A stretch of DNA of 64,000 nt from an uncultured Alistipes sp. (GTDB lineage Bacteria; Bacteroidota; Bacteroidia; Bacteroidales; Rikenellaceae). Position numbers and translations under genes: made by a program. The stretch is from positions 13,434 to 77,433 of the forward strand of contig CANQGQ010000008.1 of NCBI GenBank assembly GCA_947623305.1. The letters are read 5' to 3'. Below the pieces are notes generated by a model. It was not told the DNA's origin and made no database searches. It saw nothing but the letters and a program-made list of their open reading frames with translations. Shown here piece by piece: positions 56,779-64,000 of the stretch (position 1 is the first letter of the stretch; every line of letters starts with the position of its first letter).

Positions 56779-57909
56779 TTAGCGGAGTTTATAAACTTCG
56801 GAACCGGCCAGCAGGAAGCAGCCCGTACCGTAATCCTCGAAATCGGGAACCGAATCGTAAGCGACCGGTTGTCCGTCTTTCGGCTCTTTCCCCGTGCCCT
56901 GCACATAGCCCAAAAATCCGTTTTCGTGAACGGCTTCGTTGACCATCGCGTTCCAGCCTTTGATCGTGGCAGGCAGATACTCCTTGCGATCGAGTACGCC
57001 GTTGTTGATGCCCCAGGCCATGCCATAGACGAACAGCGCCGTGCCGGTCGTCTCCTTGCCGCCGAAATCGGATTCGTCGAGCAGATTCACGTTCCAGAAT
57101 CCGTCGGCGCGCTGGCAGGCTTTGGCGGCCTTGCACATCGCTTGCAGATCGGCTACATAGGTGGCCCGATGCGGATCATCCGCCGGAAGGTCTTGCAGAA
57201 CGCGCACCAATGCGGCTACGACCCAGCCGTTGCCGCGCGACCAGTAGCAGTTTTTGCCGTTGGGCGACTTGTAGGGGGGAACGAAATCCTTGTCGCGCCA
57301 CCAGAATCCCTCTTTCGGATTGTAGAGACCGCCGGCCAACGTGTTGCGCGACCACGCATACATTTCCCACGCCTTTTCGTAGTAGCGCGGATCGCTTTTC
57401 AGTTTGCCCAATTTGACCAGAACGGGCATCCCCATCTGGATGGCGTCGATCCACGTCCAGTCGTCGACCTGCGGCGTATTGACGAGCATGTTCATGCAGG
57501 CGATGGTCTTCGTCAGCATCTTCGGCTCGGGGGTCAGGTTGTAGAGGTCGATGTAGGTCTGCGAGCAGCAATAGTTGTCGGCGTTGCGGGTCGTCGTGTT
57601 GTCCTGACGCATGCCCCACTTGTGGAACTCGGCCCAGTCGTAGGCGTAGTCGTAGTAGCGGTTTTCGGGATAGATGGAGTAGAGGGCCATCAATCCTTCG
57701 TAGTAGACGCCGCGCGTCCAGATATTCGATTCGTAGGTCTTTTTGCGCGAGAAGTAGGGCATGACGGCCGTGGGATCGGCATACTTTTTCATGAAGTGGT
57801 CATTGACCCGTCGCATGGCGGCGAGCGTTTCGCGCTGCGGCGGAATTTCCTGTGCCGTCGTGGTTGCGGCGACGGCCAGCGTGAGCAAGCTGATAAGTAG
57901 TTTTTTCAT
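56779..57909 (-). CDS. GH105/GH88 unsaturated uronyl hydrolase
   Basis: WTRGVYYEG, NADN, WTWIDAIQM, WSRGNGW, ETTGTA, GYVQGTG. ATG at 57909. Confidence 0.88.
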   Translation of the reverse strand: MKKLLISLLTLAVAATTTAQEIPPQRETLAAMRRVNDHFMKKYADPTAVMPYFSRKKTYESNIWTRGVYYEGLMALYSIYPENRYYDYAYDWAEFHKWGMRQDNTTTRNADNYCCSQTYIDLYNLTPEPKMLTKTIACMNMLVNTPQVDDWTWIDAIQMGMPVLVKLGKLKSDPRYYEKAWEMYAWSRNTLAGGLYNPKEGFWWRDKDFVPPYKSPNGKNCYWSRGNGWVVAALVRVLQDLPADDPHRATYVADLQAMCKAAKACQRADGFWNVNLLDESDFGGKETTGTALFVYGMAWGINNGVLDRKEYLPATIKGWNAMVNEAVHENGFLGYVQGTGKEPKDGQPVAYDSVPDFEDYGTGCFLLAGSEVYKLR

Positions 57910-58048
57910 ATTTTTATTATTTGGTTGTCTGGAATCTGTCGATTGGTCTGTTTTTCGCATCTGCCGGCCGAGGCCGACGGATTTTGCTGCAGGCTGCCGG
58001 TTTTCGCGGCGGGCCGGCGGTTCGGTCGGCTTCGGGTCGGTGGTCGAT

Positions 58049-61024
58049 TCAACGCATCTTCGCTTTGATCGGACAAAGCCTTACGACACCGCTCAGTCCG
58101 GCCGGTTCGACCGGCCATTTCGACGTATCGAGCAGACGGCCGTCGGTGGAGCTGACGATGTTGGCATCTTTGAAGATGCGCCATTCCACGCCGCGCCGGT
58201 CGAGATCGGCGATCAGATTGGCCGGAAGGTTCGTTACTTCGATTTCGATGCGGTTGTCGCCCGCCACGAGCCACTTCGTAACGTCGAGTTCGAACGGCAC
58301 CGACCACGCCGTACCGGCTTCGTGGCCATTGACCCGAACGCGGGCCGATTCGTGGACTTCGCCCAATCGAAGCAGCCACGCATCGGCTGCACGGGGATTC
58401 GCTACGGTGAAGGTCGCCGCGTAGCGTCCTGTGCCGCAAAGCCGTACGAGGTCGGCGAGTGCACGTTCCGTCTCGGTCGAGCGTGCGTTGCGTTGCGCCG
58501 CGGCATTTTTTAAGGTTGTGGGTTCGTCGTCGTTGCGAAGCGTCGCTTCGGGAGCAGCCTCGGGCAGCGGAACGAGCGTCGTCCACGAATGGGGTTCAGC
58601 GATGGCGAACTGTCGGTTTACCGCCGGCAGCGATTGCGGAAAATCCAATTGCCAGCCATGGCCCGAAACGGGGGTTCCGGCGGCTTCGTAGCAGGTCCAT
58701 TTCGGAAGCGATGCGGCGGCCGGTTGCGAATCGCTCTCCAACAGCAGCGATTGCCCGGGTTGCAGTTGCAGCGCGACCTCCGTTGTACCGTGCTGCGTCT
58801 TGCGGGAATCGGCGATTCCCTGACGTCCGGTCAACGGGTCGGTTACGATGATTCGGTCGGCTTCGATGCCCAATTCCACCGTGCCGTCGATCTTTTCACC
58901 GTTCAGCAGGGCGATGAAATAACGGTATCCGTCGTCCGTTCGGCGGCGGGTCAGTTGGCATCCCGCCTTTTTGAGCGGTTCGTATCGGGCGCCTGCTGTC
59001 TCTGCCAGCTCGTTCAGATTGCTTCCCGTGATGATTCGGCCCGCTCCGTAGGGGTGGATTTCGATTTGGGCGAAGTCGGCTGCGGGCAGTCGGCGAGCGA
59101 GTTTATTGAACGTGCGGCGGCGGGCTTTGAGCTTGCCGAATCCGGGGACATCCTCGGGATAACGTTCCGTAAAGACGACCGTTGCGCCGTCGTTCGCCAG
59201 CTCGAGCAACTTTTCGAGCGTCCCGACCGGAATCAACCGGCAATTCGGCAGGATAATCGCCTTGTAGCGGGTGCCGCCCTGGGTTACGATCGACCCGCTT
59301 TCGACCCGTGCACCGGCCAGATAGCGATCCGAAATGTAATCGGCCTCGTATCCGTTACGAACGAGCGAGTTCATCGTCCGTTTCAGTTCGGGCATGGTCT
59401 GGCCCATTTTGTGGATGTCGAAGAGCAGCAGGTTGCGGCCGCGCTGCGAATTGCTGATGTCCTCCATCGGGATGTAGAGCAGCAGTTCGTTGTCGGGCCG
59501 ACCCTCTTGCAGGAAGGATTGGCAGCGGCCGATGTATTCGAGCATCGCACCGGCATCGCGCCAGAGCGGGGCCGTGGGCGACAGGTTGATGGAGGCGTAG
59601 AAGAGCCATCCGGGGAAGGTCGCATTATGGGGCGAGTAGGGCGCGCCGTGAAAATAGACATGGTTCACGCCCGAGGCCAGAATCTGGTCGATTTCGGGTT
59701 TGCAACTGGCTAATGAGGTGCGGAAATGTTCGGTGAGCCACGTCAGCGTCTCGCACGAAGTCAGCGGCTTGCCCATGACGTGGGCCGCCGACGAGGCGAA
59801 TTTCAGCACCGCCGGATCGGCATCGCTGTGTTTGGCATCGGGGTCGCGGCGCAGGCCCGGGATGTCGAACTCCGTGCGGCCGAACGATTCGCATTCGGGG
59901 ATATCGACCGCTGCATAGAAATCGAAGATGTTGCCCGGCGAACCGTGTGCCTGGTTGCGGACGCGGCTGCCGTGCGCATGAGCCCAATCCGCCCATACGG
60001 TCGTGAAGTTGCGCAGCAGCATGTCGGCCAGCGTCTGTCGATAGTCGCGTACGATGCGGGCCGAAAGGTCGTCGGCCCCCTCGGCGGCAAATTCGGGCAG
60101 ATAGTCCTGCAGCCGGTAGCCGTGGTTGCGTTCGAACTCCGCCAGCAGTGTCTTGTCCCAACTGGAACCGTAGACCTCGAACGAATCGTTGAAGAAGGTG
60201 TCCGGCCACGGGGCGCCCGATGCGGCGAAGGCTTCGTCGAAACGGGCCAGATAGTGCTCTACGGCATCGCGGTTGTAGTGGTTCAGCACATAGCCCACGC
60301 CGCCCGGCGCAGCCCGTTTCACCAGCTGAAACGTGCGCCCCGCATAGAGTGCATAGAGCGTCCATTCGCCGGCGGGAGCCTGCCAGTCGAGCAAGCCGTC
60401 GGCATTCACCCGCGCGGTCAGATCCAACCGTTTGCCTTTGTCGCTGACTGCTTGCAGCGCTTCGAGCGTCGCCACTTTTTGTTGTTTCGCATCGGTCGGA
60501 CGGAGGGGTTTGGTCAGGCGTTCGCCGCCCCGCAACGTCCGTTTTTCGAGGATGTATTTCTGTGCGCTTTCGTCCGTCGATACCCACGGCCCGCCGAAAG
60601 GCCAGCCCGTGCAGTTGCTCATGTCGACTTGGATGCCTAATTCCGCACCCCGTTCGACCGTATAGCGATAGGCGTCCATCCAGGCGGGCGAAAGGTACTC
60701 TAAGTCGTTGGCTTCGTTTCCTTTGACGCCGTAGATCGGGGTGATTTCGACCCCGCCGATGCCTTTACGGGCGAACTCCGAGAGATTGTAATCCAATCCT
60801 TCGCGGTCGACAGCGCTGCCTAACCACCACCAACGCACATAGGGTTTGTGTTCGGGCCGCGGCCCGCGGGCTTCCGGCTGCCGGTCGGCCGGTTGTTGAG
60901 CCGCGGATTGCCGGTCAGTCGGTTGCGCGGCTTCCGGACGCGGAGCCGCCCCGACCGCACCGGTCGAAAAGAGGGCTGCTGCAGTCGCGAACGAAAATAC
61001 GATGTGTTTGAAATCCAGGTTCAT
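58049..61024 (-). CDS. GH106 alpha-L-rhamnosidase
   Basis: RWWWLGSAV, GIGGVEITPIYG, FNDSFEV, RNQAHGSP, CETLTWL, GVNHVYFHG. True start is ATG 61024 (MNLDFK...), not the 1560-aa ORF start. Confidence 0.85.
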   Translation of the reverse strand: MNLDFKHIVFSFATAAALFSTGAVGAAPRPEAAQPTDRQSAAQQPADRQPEARGPRPEHKPYVRWWWLGSAVDREGLDYNLSEFARKGIGGVEITPIYGVKGNEANDLEYLSPAWMDAYRYTVERGAELGIQVDMSNCTGWPFGGPWVSTDESAQKYILEKRTLRGGERLTKPLRPTDAKQQKVATLEALQAVSDKGKRLDLTARVNADGLLDWQAPAGEWTLYALYAGRTFQLVKRAAPGGVGYVLNHYNRDAVEHYLARFDEAFAASGAPWPDTFFNDSFEVYGSSWDKTLLAEFERNHGYRLQDYLPEFAAEGADDLSARIVRDYRQTLADMLLRNFTTVWADWAHAHGSRVRNQAHGSPGNIFDFYAAVDIPECESFGRTEFDIPGLRRDPDAKHSDADPAVLKFASSAAHVMGKPLTSCETLTWLTEHFRTSLASCKPEIDQILASGVNHVYFHGAPYSPHNATFPGWLFYASINLSPTAPLWRDAGAMLEYIGRCQSFLQEGRPDNELLLYIPMEDISNSQRGRNLLLFDIHKMGQTMPELKRTMNSLVRNGYEADYISDRYLAGARVESGSIVTQGGTRYKAIILPNCRLIPVGTLEKLLELANDGATVVFTERYPEDVPGFGKLKARRRTFNKLARRLPAADFAQIEIHPYGAGRIITGSNLNELAETAGARYEPLKKAGCQLTRRRTDDGYRYFIALLNGEKIDGTVELGIEADRIIVTDPLTGRQGIADSRKTQHGTTEVALQLQPGQSLLLESDSQPAAASLPKWTCYEAAGTPVSGHGWQLDFPQSLPAVNRQFAIAEPHSWTTLVPLPEAAPEATLRNDDEPTTLKNAAAQRNARSTETERALADLVRLCGTGRYAATFTVANPRAADAWLLRLGEVHESARVRVNGHEAGTAWSVPFELDVTKWLVAGDNRIEIEVTNLPANLIADLDRRGVEWRIFKDANIVSSTDGRLLDTSKWPVEPAGLSGVVRLCPIKAKMR

Positions 61025-61029
61025 AGGTC

Positions 61030-64000
61030 TTATTCTCTTTGGAGGGTTACGGCCATCAGACCGATCACCACGTCGTTCGATAAAGTTTCCAATTCCAGTC
61101 GGTCGAGTTCGCGGGTCGGGTCGAGCGGAATGTCCAGCAGGATGCCGGCACCGCCGTCGATCAGTCGGCCGTAAACGCCTTCGATGCCCAATTCCTCGCC
61201 CAACCGGCGGCTGATGCGTCCCGTGCCGAAGTGGATGCGATAGGGCGGTACGCTGCCTGCGATCGGCCGGAACGCTCCGCGATCGTAATAGATGTCCTGT
61301 TCGATGGGTACCCACGTTGTCGGATTGATCAATTCGACCGCTTGTTCCGTGCCGTCCCTGTAGCGGATGCGGACGACCCCGTTCGCCATCTTGTATTGCA
61401 TGTGGTTCGTCGAGCCCGCCATCATCAGATAGGCGTGTGTTGCTCGGCCGTGCAGCGGCACCGAAGCCGTGTCCGGATAGTTGTCCCACAGCGAGGTATA
61501 GCGGATGTTCGCTCCCGTCTGCGGCGTGCGGAACACGATGCCGAGCGAGGTGTGCAGCAGGCCGTCTGCGCCGACGAGGACCCGCAAGCCACTGTCGTCG
61601 ATTTCGGCCGTCTGCGTCGGATGGCACCATTCGCCGATCCCTTGCGACGGCAGTTGCAGGGTCGTGTAGGGCGGTCGGGGCGAGAGGTAGCGGTTCTTGA
61701 AAATATCGCTGACCGAAGCATTGTAGTCCATCGGGATCGGCTCGCATTGCTCGGGAACGATCGCGTCGAATCCGCCCGACACCGCCGACGTTTCTGATCG
61801 GGACGTACTTTCGAGTCGCGGGAGTTCTTCGGGACGCCACCAGCGCAGCGAACCGGCTGCGACTTCGCGGAAGCAGGTGGGGCCTACGCATTTTTCGGCT
61901 CCCGTCGGACGGATTTTCGGGAGGTCGCCCCATGCGATCTCCACCGTCGCCTGACGGTCGGTGCCCGCCTCGATGGCGATGATGGCCTGTCCGATGGAGG
62001 GTTCGACTGTGCTCCAGTGGGCCGTTTTCCCATTGACCGTTACGCGATCGACCTTGCCGCGAGCAGCAACTTCCAATCGAACGGTGAGCGGTTCTGTAAA
62101 TCGTTGTTCGATGCGATAGGTGTCGCGGTTTCCGTTCCGACGGAACGTGTAGGCGATGTCCTGCATCGAGATTTCGGCTTCGTCCCAGGCTGCTGGGAAT
62201 CCCGGGTGCAGCGTGATACGTCCGTGAAGGGCATCGGGACGGATGCCGTACAGCCCTTCGACCATCGCGCGGCTCCAGACGCCGATCGGATCGCCGAAAT
62301 CGCGGTAACATTCGCCGCGGGCCGCATCGTAATGGCTGATCTGGCCGAAGTTGAGCGGCGAAGCGCCCATGTACATGTTGTCCAGTGCCGTGCTTTTCAT
62401 CAACCGGAACGCCTCTTCCGGACGGTCCGCCTGCCAGTAGGCCAGCGCCGTGTGCATCACTTCGGCGATAGCTACGTTGTTGATGCTCCACGAGTAGGGC
62501 TTCCAGTCGGACGTGGAGATTACGGCATAATCCTCCTCCAGCCCCTCCGCCGTAACGGAAATATGCGGGATTTCGGTATCGACGTAACAGGTTGCCGCAT
62601 AGGCTTGGAACGGGTCGGCCGTCTCCGAGTCGATAGCATGATAAATTGTCCAGACAGCCGCATCGGGATGCAGGCGTTTGTGGCCCATGAAATCGCGGTA
62701 TTCGGCCCAATGGCCGCGATCGTTCATCCACAGCACGGTGTTCATTGCCGCAAGAATGGCTTCGGCCTCTTCGCGATAAGGGGTCGGGTCGCGGCCGATC
62801 AGCTCGGCGATCCGCGCCGCCTGGCGGTTGGCATAGTAATTATAGGCCGACGAATGGGTTACGGCACCAGCCGTGTAGTAGAGCGCATCGCTGGCCCAGA
62901 TGCAGCAATAGGCATCGTAGAGATGATCGCCGTCGGGGTCGTAGTTGCGTTTTTCCCACGCCAAGTGCCGCTCGATGACGGGAAATATCCGGCGGGCATA
63001 CGCCTTGTCGCCCGTCCAGGCGAGGTGGCGCAACAGTTCGTCGATGTAGCACAGATTCATGTCGTAGTGCGACATTTCATCCTTCTTGCCCGGGCGGCGG
63101 GTGATGTAGCCGTTGCTGTACATCGGCGTGCCCCACCGTTTTTCGGCCCGTGCCAAGTTGAGCGTCGTGTCCTGCCGCGGATGGGCCAGCACGGGCGGTA
63201 CGTCCGTAATCTGATTGGCCGCGTAGGTATCGAAATGTTTGCGGGCACGGTCGTGCCAGCCCAACGCATCGCCCACGTAAGCGCCGCGCCATCCGCTGTA
63301 AGGCGTGCGCCAGCCTATGGCGCCGTGCAGCCAGGCCTCGCCGCTCCAGATGCCGTCGGCTGCCAGCGCAAGGGCCTCGCCGATCGGGGTGATGTAGGGA
63401 TCGGGCGTGCGGATGTAGAGCGCTTGCGCAAGGTCGGCGCGTTGGGTTTCGGCTTCGGCGAAACGGTCGGCCAAGGCTTGTTGAGTCGTGCAGTCGGCTG
63501 GCGTTGCATCGGGATAGATGGCTAAATAGCGTACCTCTTTCGGGGCAAGCGTGAACGAAGCCTGCAACGACGGATATTCGGTGAGCGTAATCCGGTCGGT
63601 GGGGAGTGTCAGATGAAGCAGAGCCCGTTGTTTGACGCCGTATTCCACCGTAACCCGATGGCCATCGGCGCGGTAGAGGTTTCCTTGGCAGTATTCGGGT
63701 TTGAAATCGAAGCAGTCGGGTTTGTCTACGCCGAGATCGCCCTCGCGATAGAACTTTTTATCGGCCACGCCGCCGAAGGCGAGGTCGATCCGTTCCGGAC
63801 AGGTGCCCGTGTTTTCGATCCGCCACAGCGCCGCATCTTCCGACCGCAGGACTTGCGCTTCGATCGTCAGCCGGTCGTCCAACCGATAGTGCATCCGCCC
63901 TGCTTCGTAGCGGGCCGTGCAGTGGTCGTAGTCGATGCCGAATTGCAGGTTGCCGCCCATGCGGGGCAGATAGAGACCGAACTCGGGCCGGTCGCTGCAC
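61030..64000 (-). CDS. DUF4450-type large glycoside hydrolase-like protein with (alpha/alpha)6 barrel, 5'-truncated by the window edge
   Basis: The frame is open to the window end (DRPEFGLYLPRMGGNL). Motifs HGAIGWR...GWRG, YDMN, YCCIWASDALYY, WSINNV. A possible link to GH142 is from memory and uncertain. Confidence 0.65.
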   Translation of the reverse strand, partial: CSDRPEFGLYLPRMGGNLQFGIDYDHCTARYEAGRMHYRLDDRLTIEAQVLRSEDAALWRIENTGTCPERIDLAFGGVADKKFYREGDLGVDKPDCFDFKPEYCQGNLYRADGHRVTVEYGVKQRALLHLTLPTDRITLTEYPSLQASFTLAPKEVRYLAIYPDATPADCTTQQALADRFAEAETQRADLAQALYIRTPDPYITPIGEALALAADGIWSGEAWLHGAIGWRTPYSGWRGAYVGDALGWHDRARKHFDTYAANQITDVPPVLAHPRQDTTLNLARAEKRWGTPMYSNGYITRRPGKKDEMSHYDMNLCYIDELLRHLAWTGDKAYARRIFPVIERHLAWEKRNYDPDGDHLYDAYCCIWASDALYYTAGAVTHSSAYNYYANRQAARIAELIGRDPTPYREEAEAILAAMNTVLWMNDRGHWAEYRDFMGHKRLHPDAAVWTIYHAIDSETADPFQAYAATCYVDTEIPHISVTAEGLEEDYAVISTSDWKPYSWSINNVAIAEVMHTALAYWQADRPEEAFRLMKSTALDNMYMGASPLNFGQISHYDAARGECYRDFGDPIGVWSRAMVEGLYGIRPDALHGRITLHPGFPAAWDEAEISMQDIAYTFRRNGNRDTYRIEQRFTEPLTVRLEVAARGKVDRVTVNGKTAHWSTVEPSIGQAIIAIEAGTDRQATVEIAWGDLPKIRPTGAEKCVGPTCFREVAAGSLRWWRPEELPRLESTSRSETSAVSGGFDAIVPEQCEPIPMDYNASVSDIFKNRYLSPRPPYTTLQLPSQGIGEWCHPTQTAEIDDSGLRVLVGADGLLHTSLGIVFRTPQTGANIRYTSLWDNYPDTASVPLHGRATHAYLMMAGSTNHMQYKMANGVVRIRYRDGTEQAVELINPTTWVPIEQDIYYDRGAFRPIAGSVPPYRIHFGTGRISRRLGEELGIEGVYGRLIDGGAGILLDIPLDPTRELDRLELETLSNDVVIGLMAVTLQRE

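Noticed and set aside
60860-60945. QP[TA]DRQ duplication in the GH106 N-terminus as a repeat array
   Set aside because: Only two short imperfect copies in a linker after the signal peptide; not CRISPR-like or adhesin-like.
58049-62731. 1560-aa ORF suggesting a giant fused protein
   Set aside because: The first 569 codons are an Arg/Pro-rich shifted frame overlapping the real DUF4450-type gene. Recognisable GH106 sequence with a signal peptide starts only at ATG 61024. No slippery site was seen to support a recoded fusion.
1-64000. CRISPR arrays, tRNA/rRNA genes, transposases, prophage genes, invertible promoters
   Set aside because: No repeat-spacer arrays, RNA-gene signatures, recombinase genes or inverted repeats enclosing a promoter were seen.

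Overview
A 64-kb chromosomal segment of a high-GC Bacteroidota genome, most likely Alistipes or another Rikenellaceae. The assignment rests on TAnnTTTG promoters, a SusC/SusD pair, the Bacteroidota-type rpoZ and the bamD-rpoZ-coaBC-recN order. In order it contains: (1) the AT-rich 3' part of a Wzy-dependent surface-polysaccharide cluster, with a frameshifted O-acetyltransferase and a Gnu-type epimerase (1-7.8 kb); (2) osmC-like gene, a PspC/PadR/DUF2807 envelope-stress operon, CyuA-type cysteine desulfidase, a NUDIX hydrolase and rplU-rpmA; (3) a coupled pseudo-receiver/HEAT/degenerate-GT2 trio, then cysQ and yebC; (4) an AraC-linked beta-mannan PUL (SusC, SusD, an unusual metallophosphoesterase, GH26, GH130 phosphorylase, sugar symporter, 2-epimerase); (5) a small cassette made of a ~165-nt rod-shaped structured leader, an XRE-type HTH gene and a surface lipoprotein; (6) housekeeping genes (glyQS, ruvX, def, radC, rnc, fabF, acpP, pepE, yraN, waaA, ogt, recN, coaBC, rpoZ, bamD), with a degenerate exported rubrerythrin and a degenerate exported EEP nuclease among them; (7) a rhamnogalacturonan-type glycosidase cluster (DUF4450-type, GH106, GH105, GH2), separated from bamD by a ~110-bp inverted-repeat element. 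I found no tRNA, rRNA, CRISPR array or transposase. The best candidates for undescribed biology are the rod-leader/XRE/lipoprotein cassette, the pseudo-receiver/HEAT/pseudo-GT2 module and the phosphoesterase inside the mannan PUL. All family calls come from motif recognition by eye; no database search was run.
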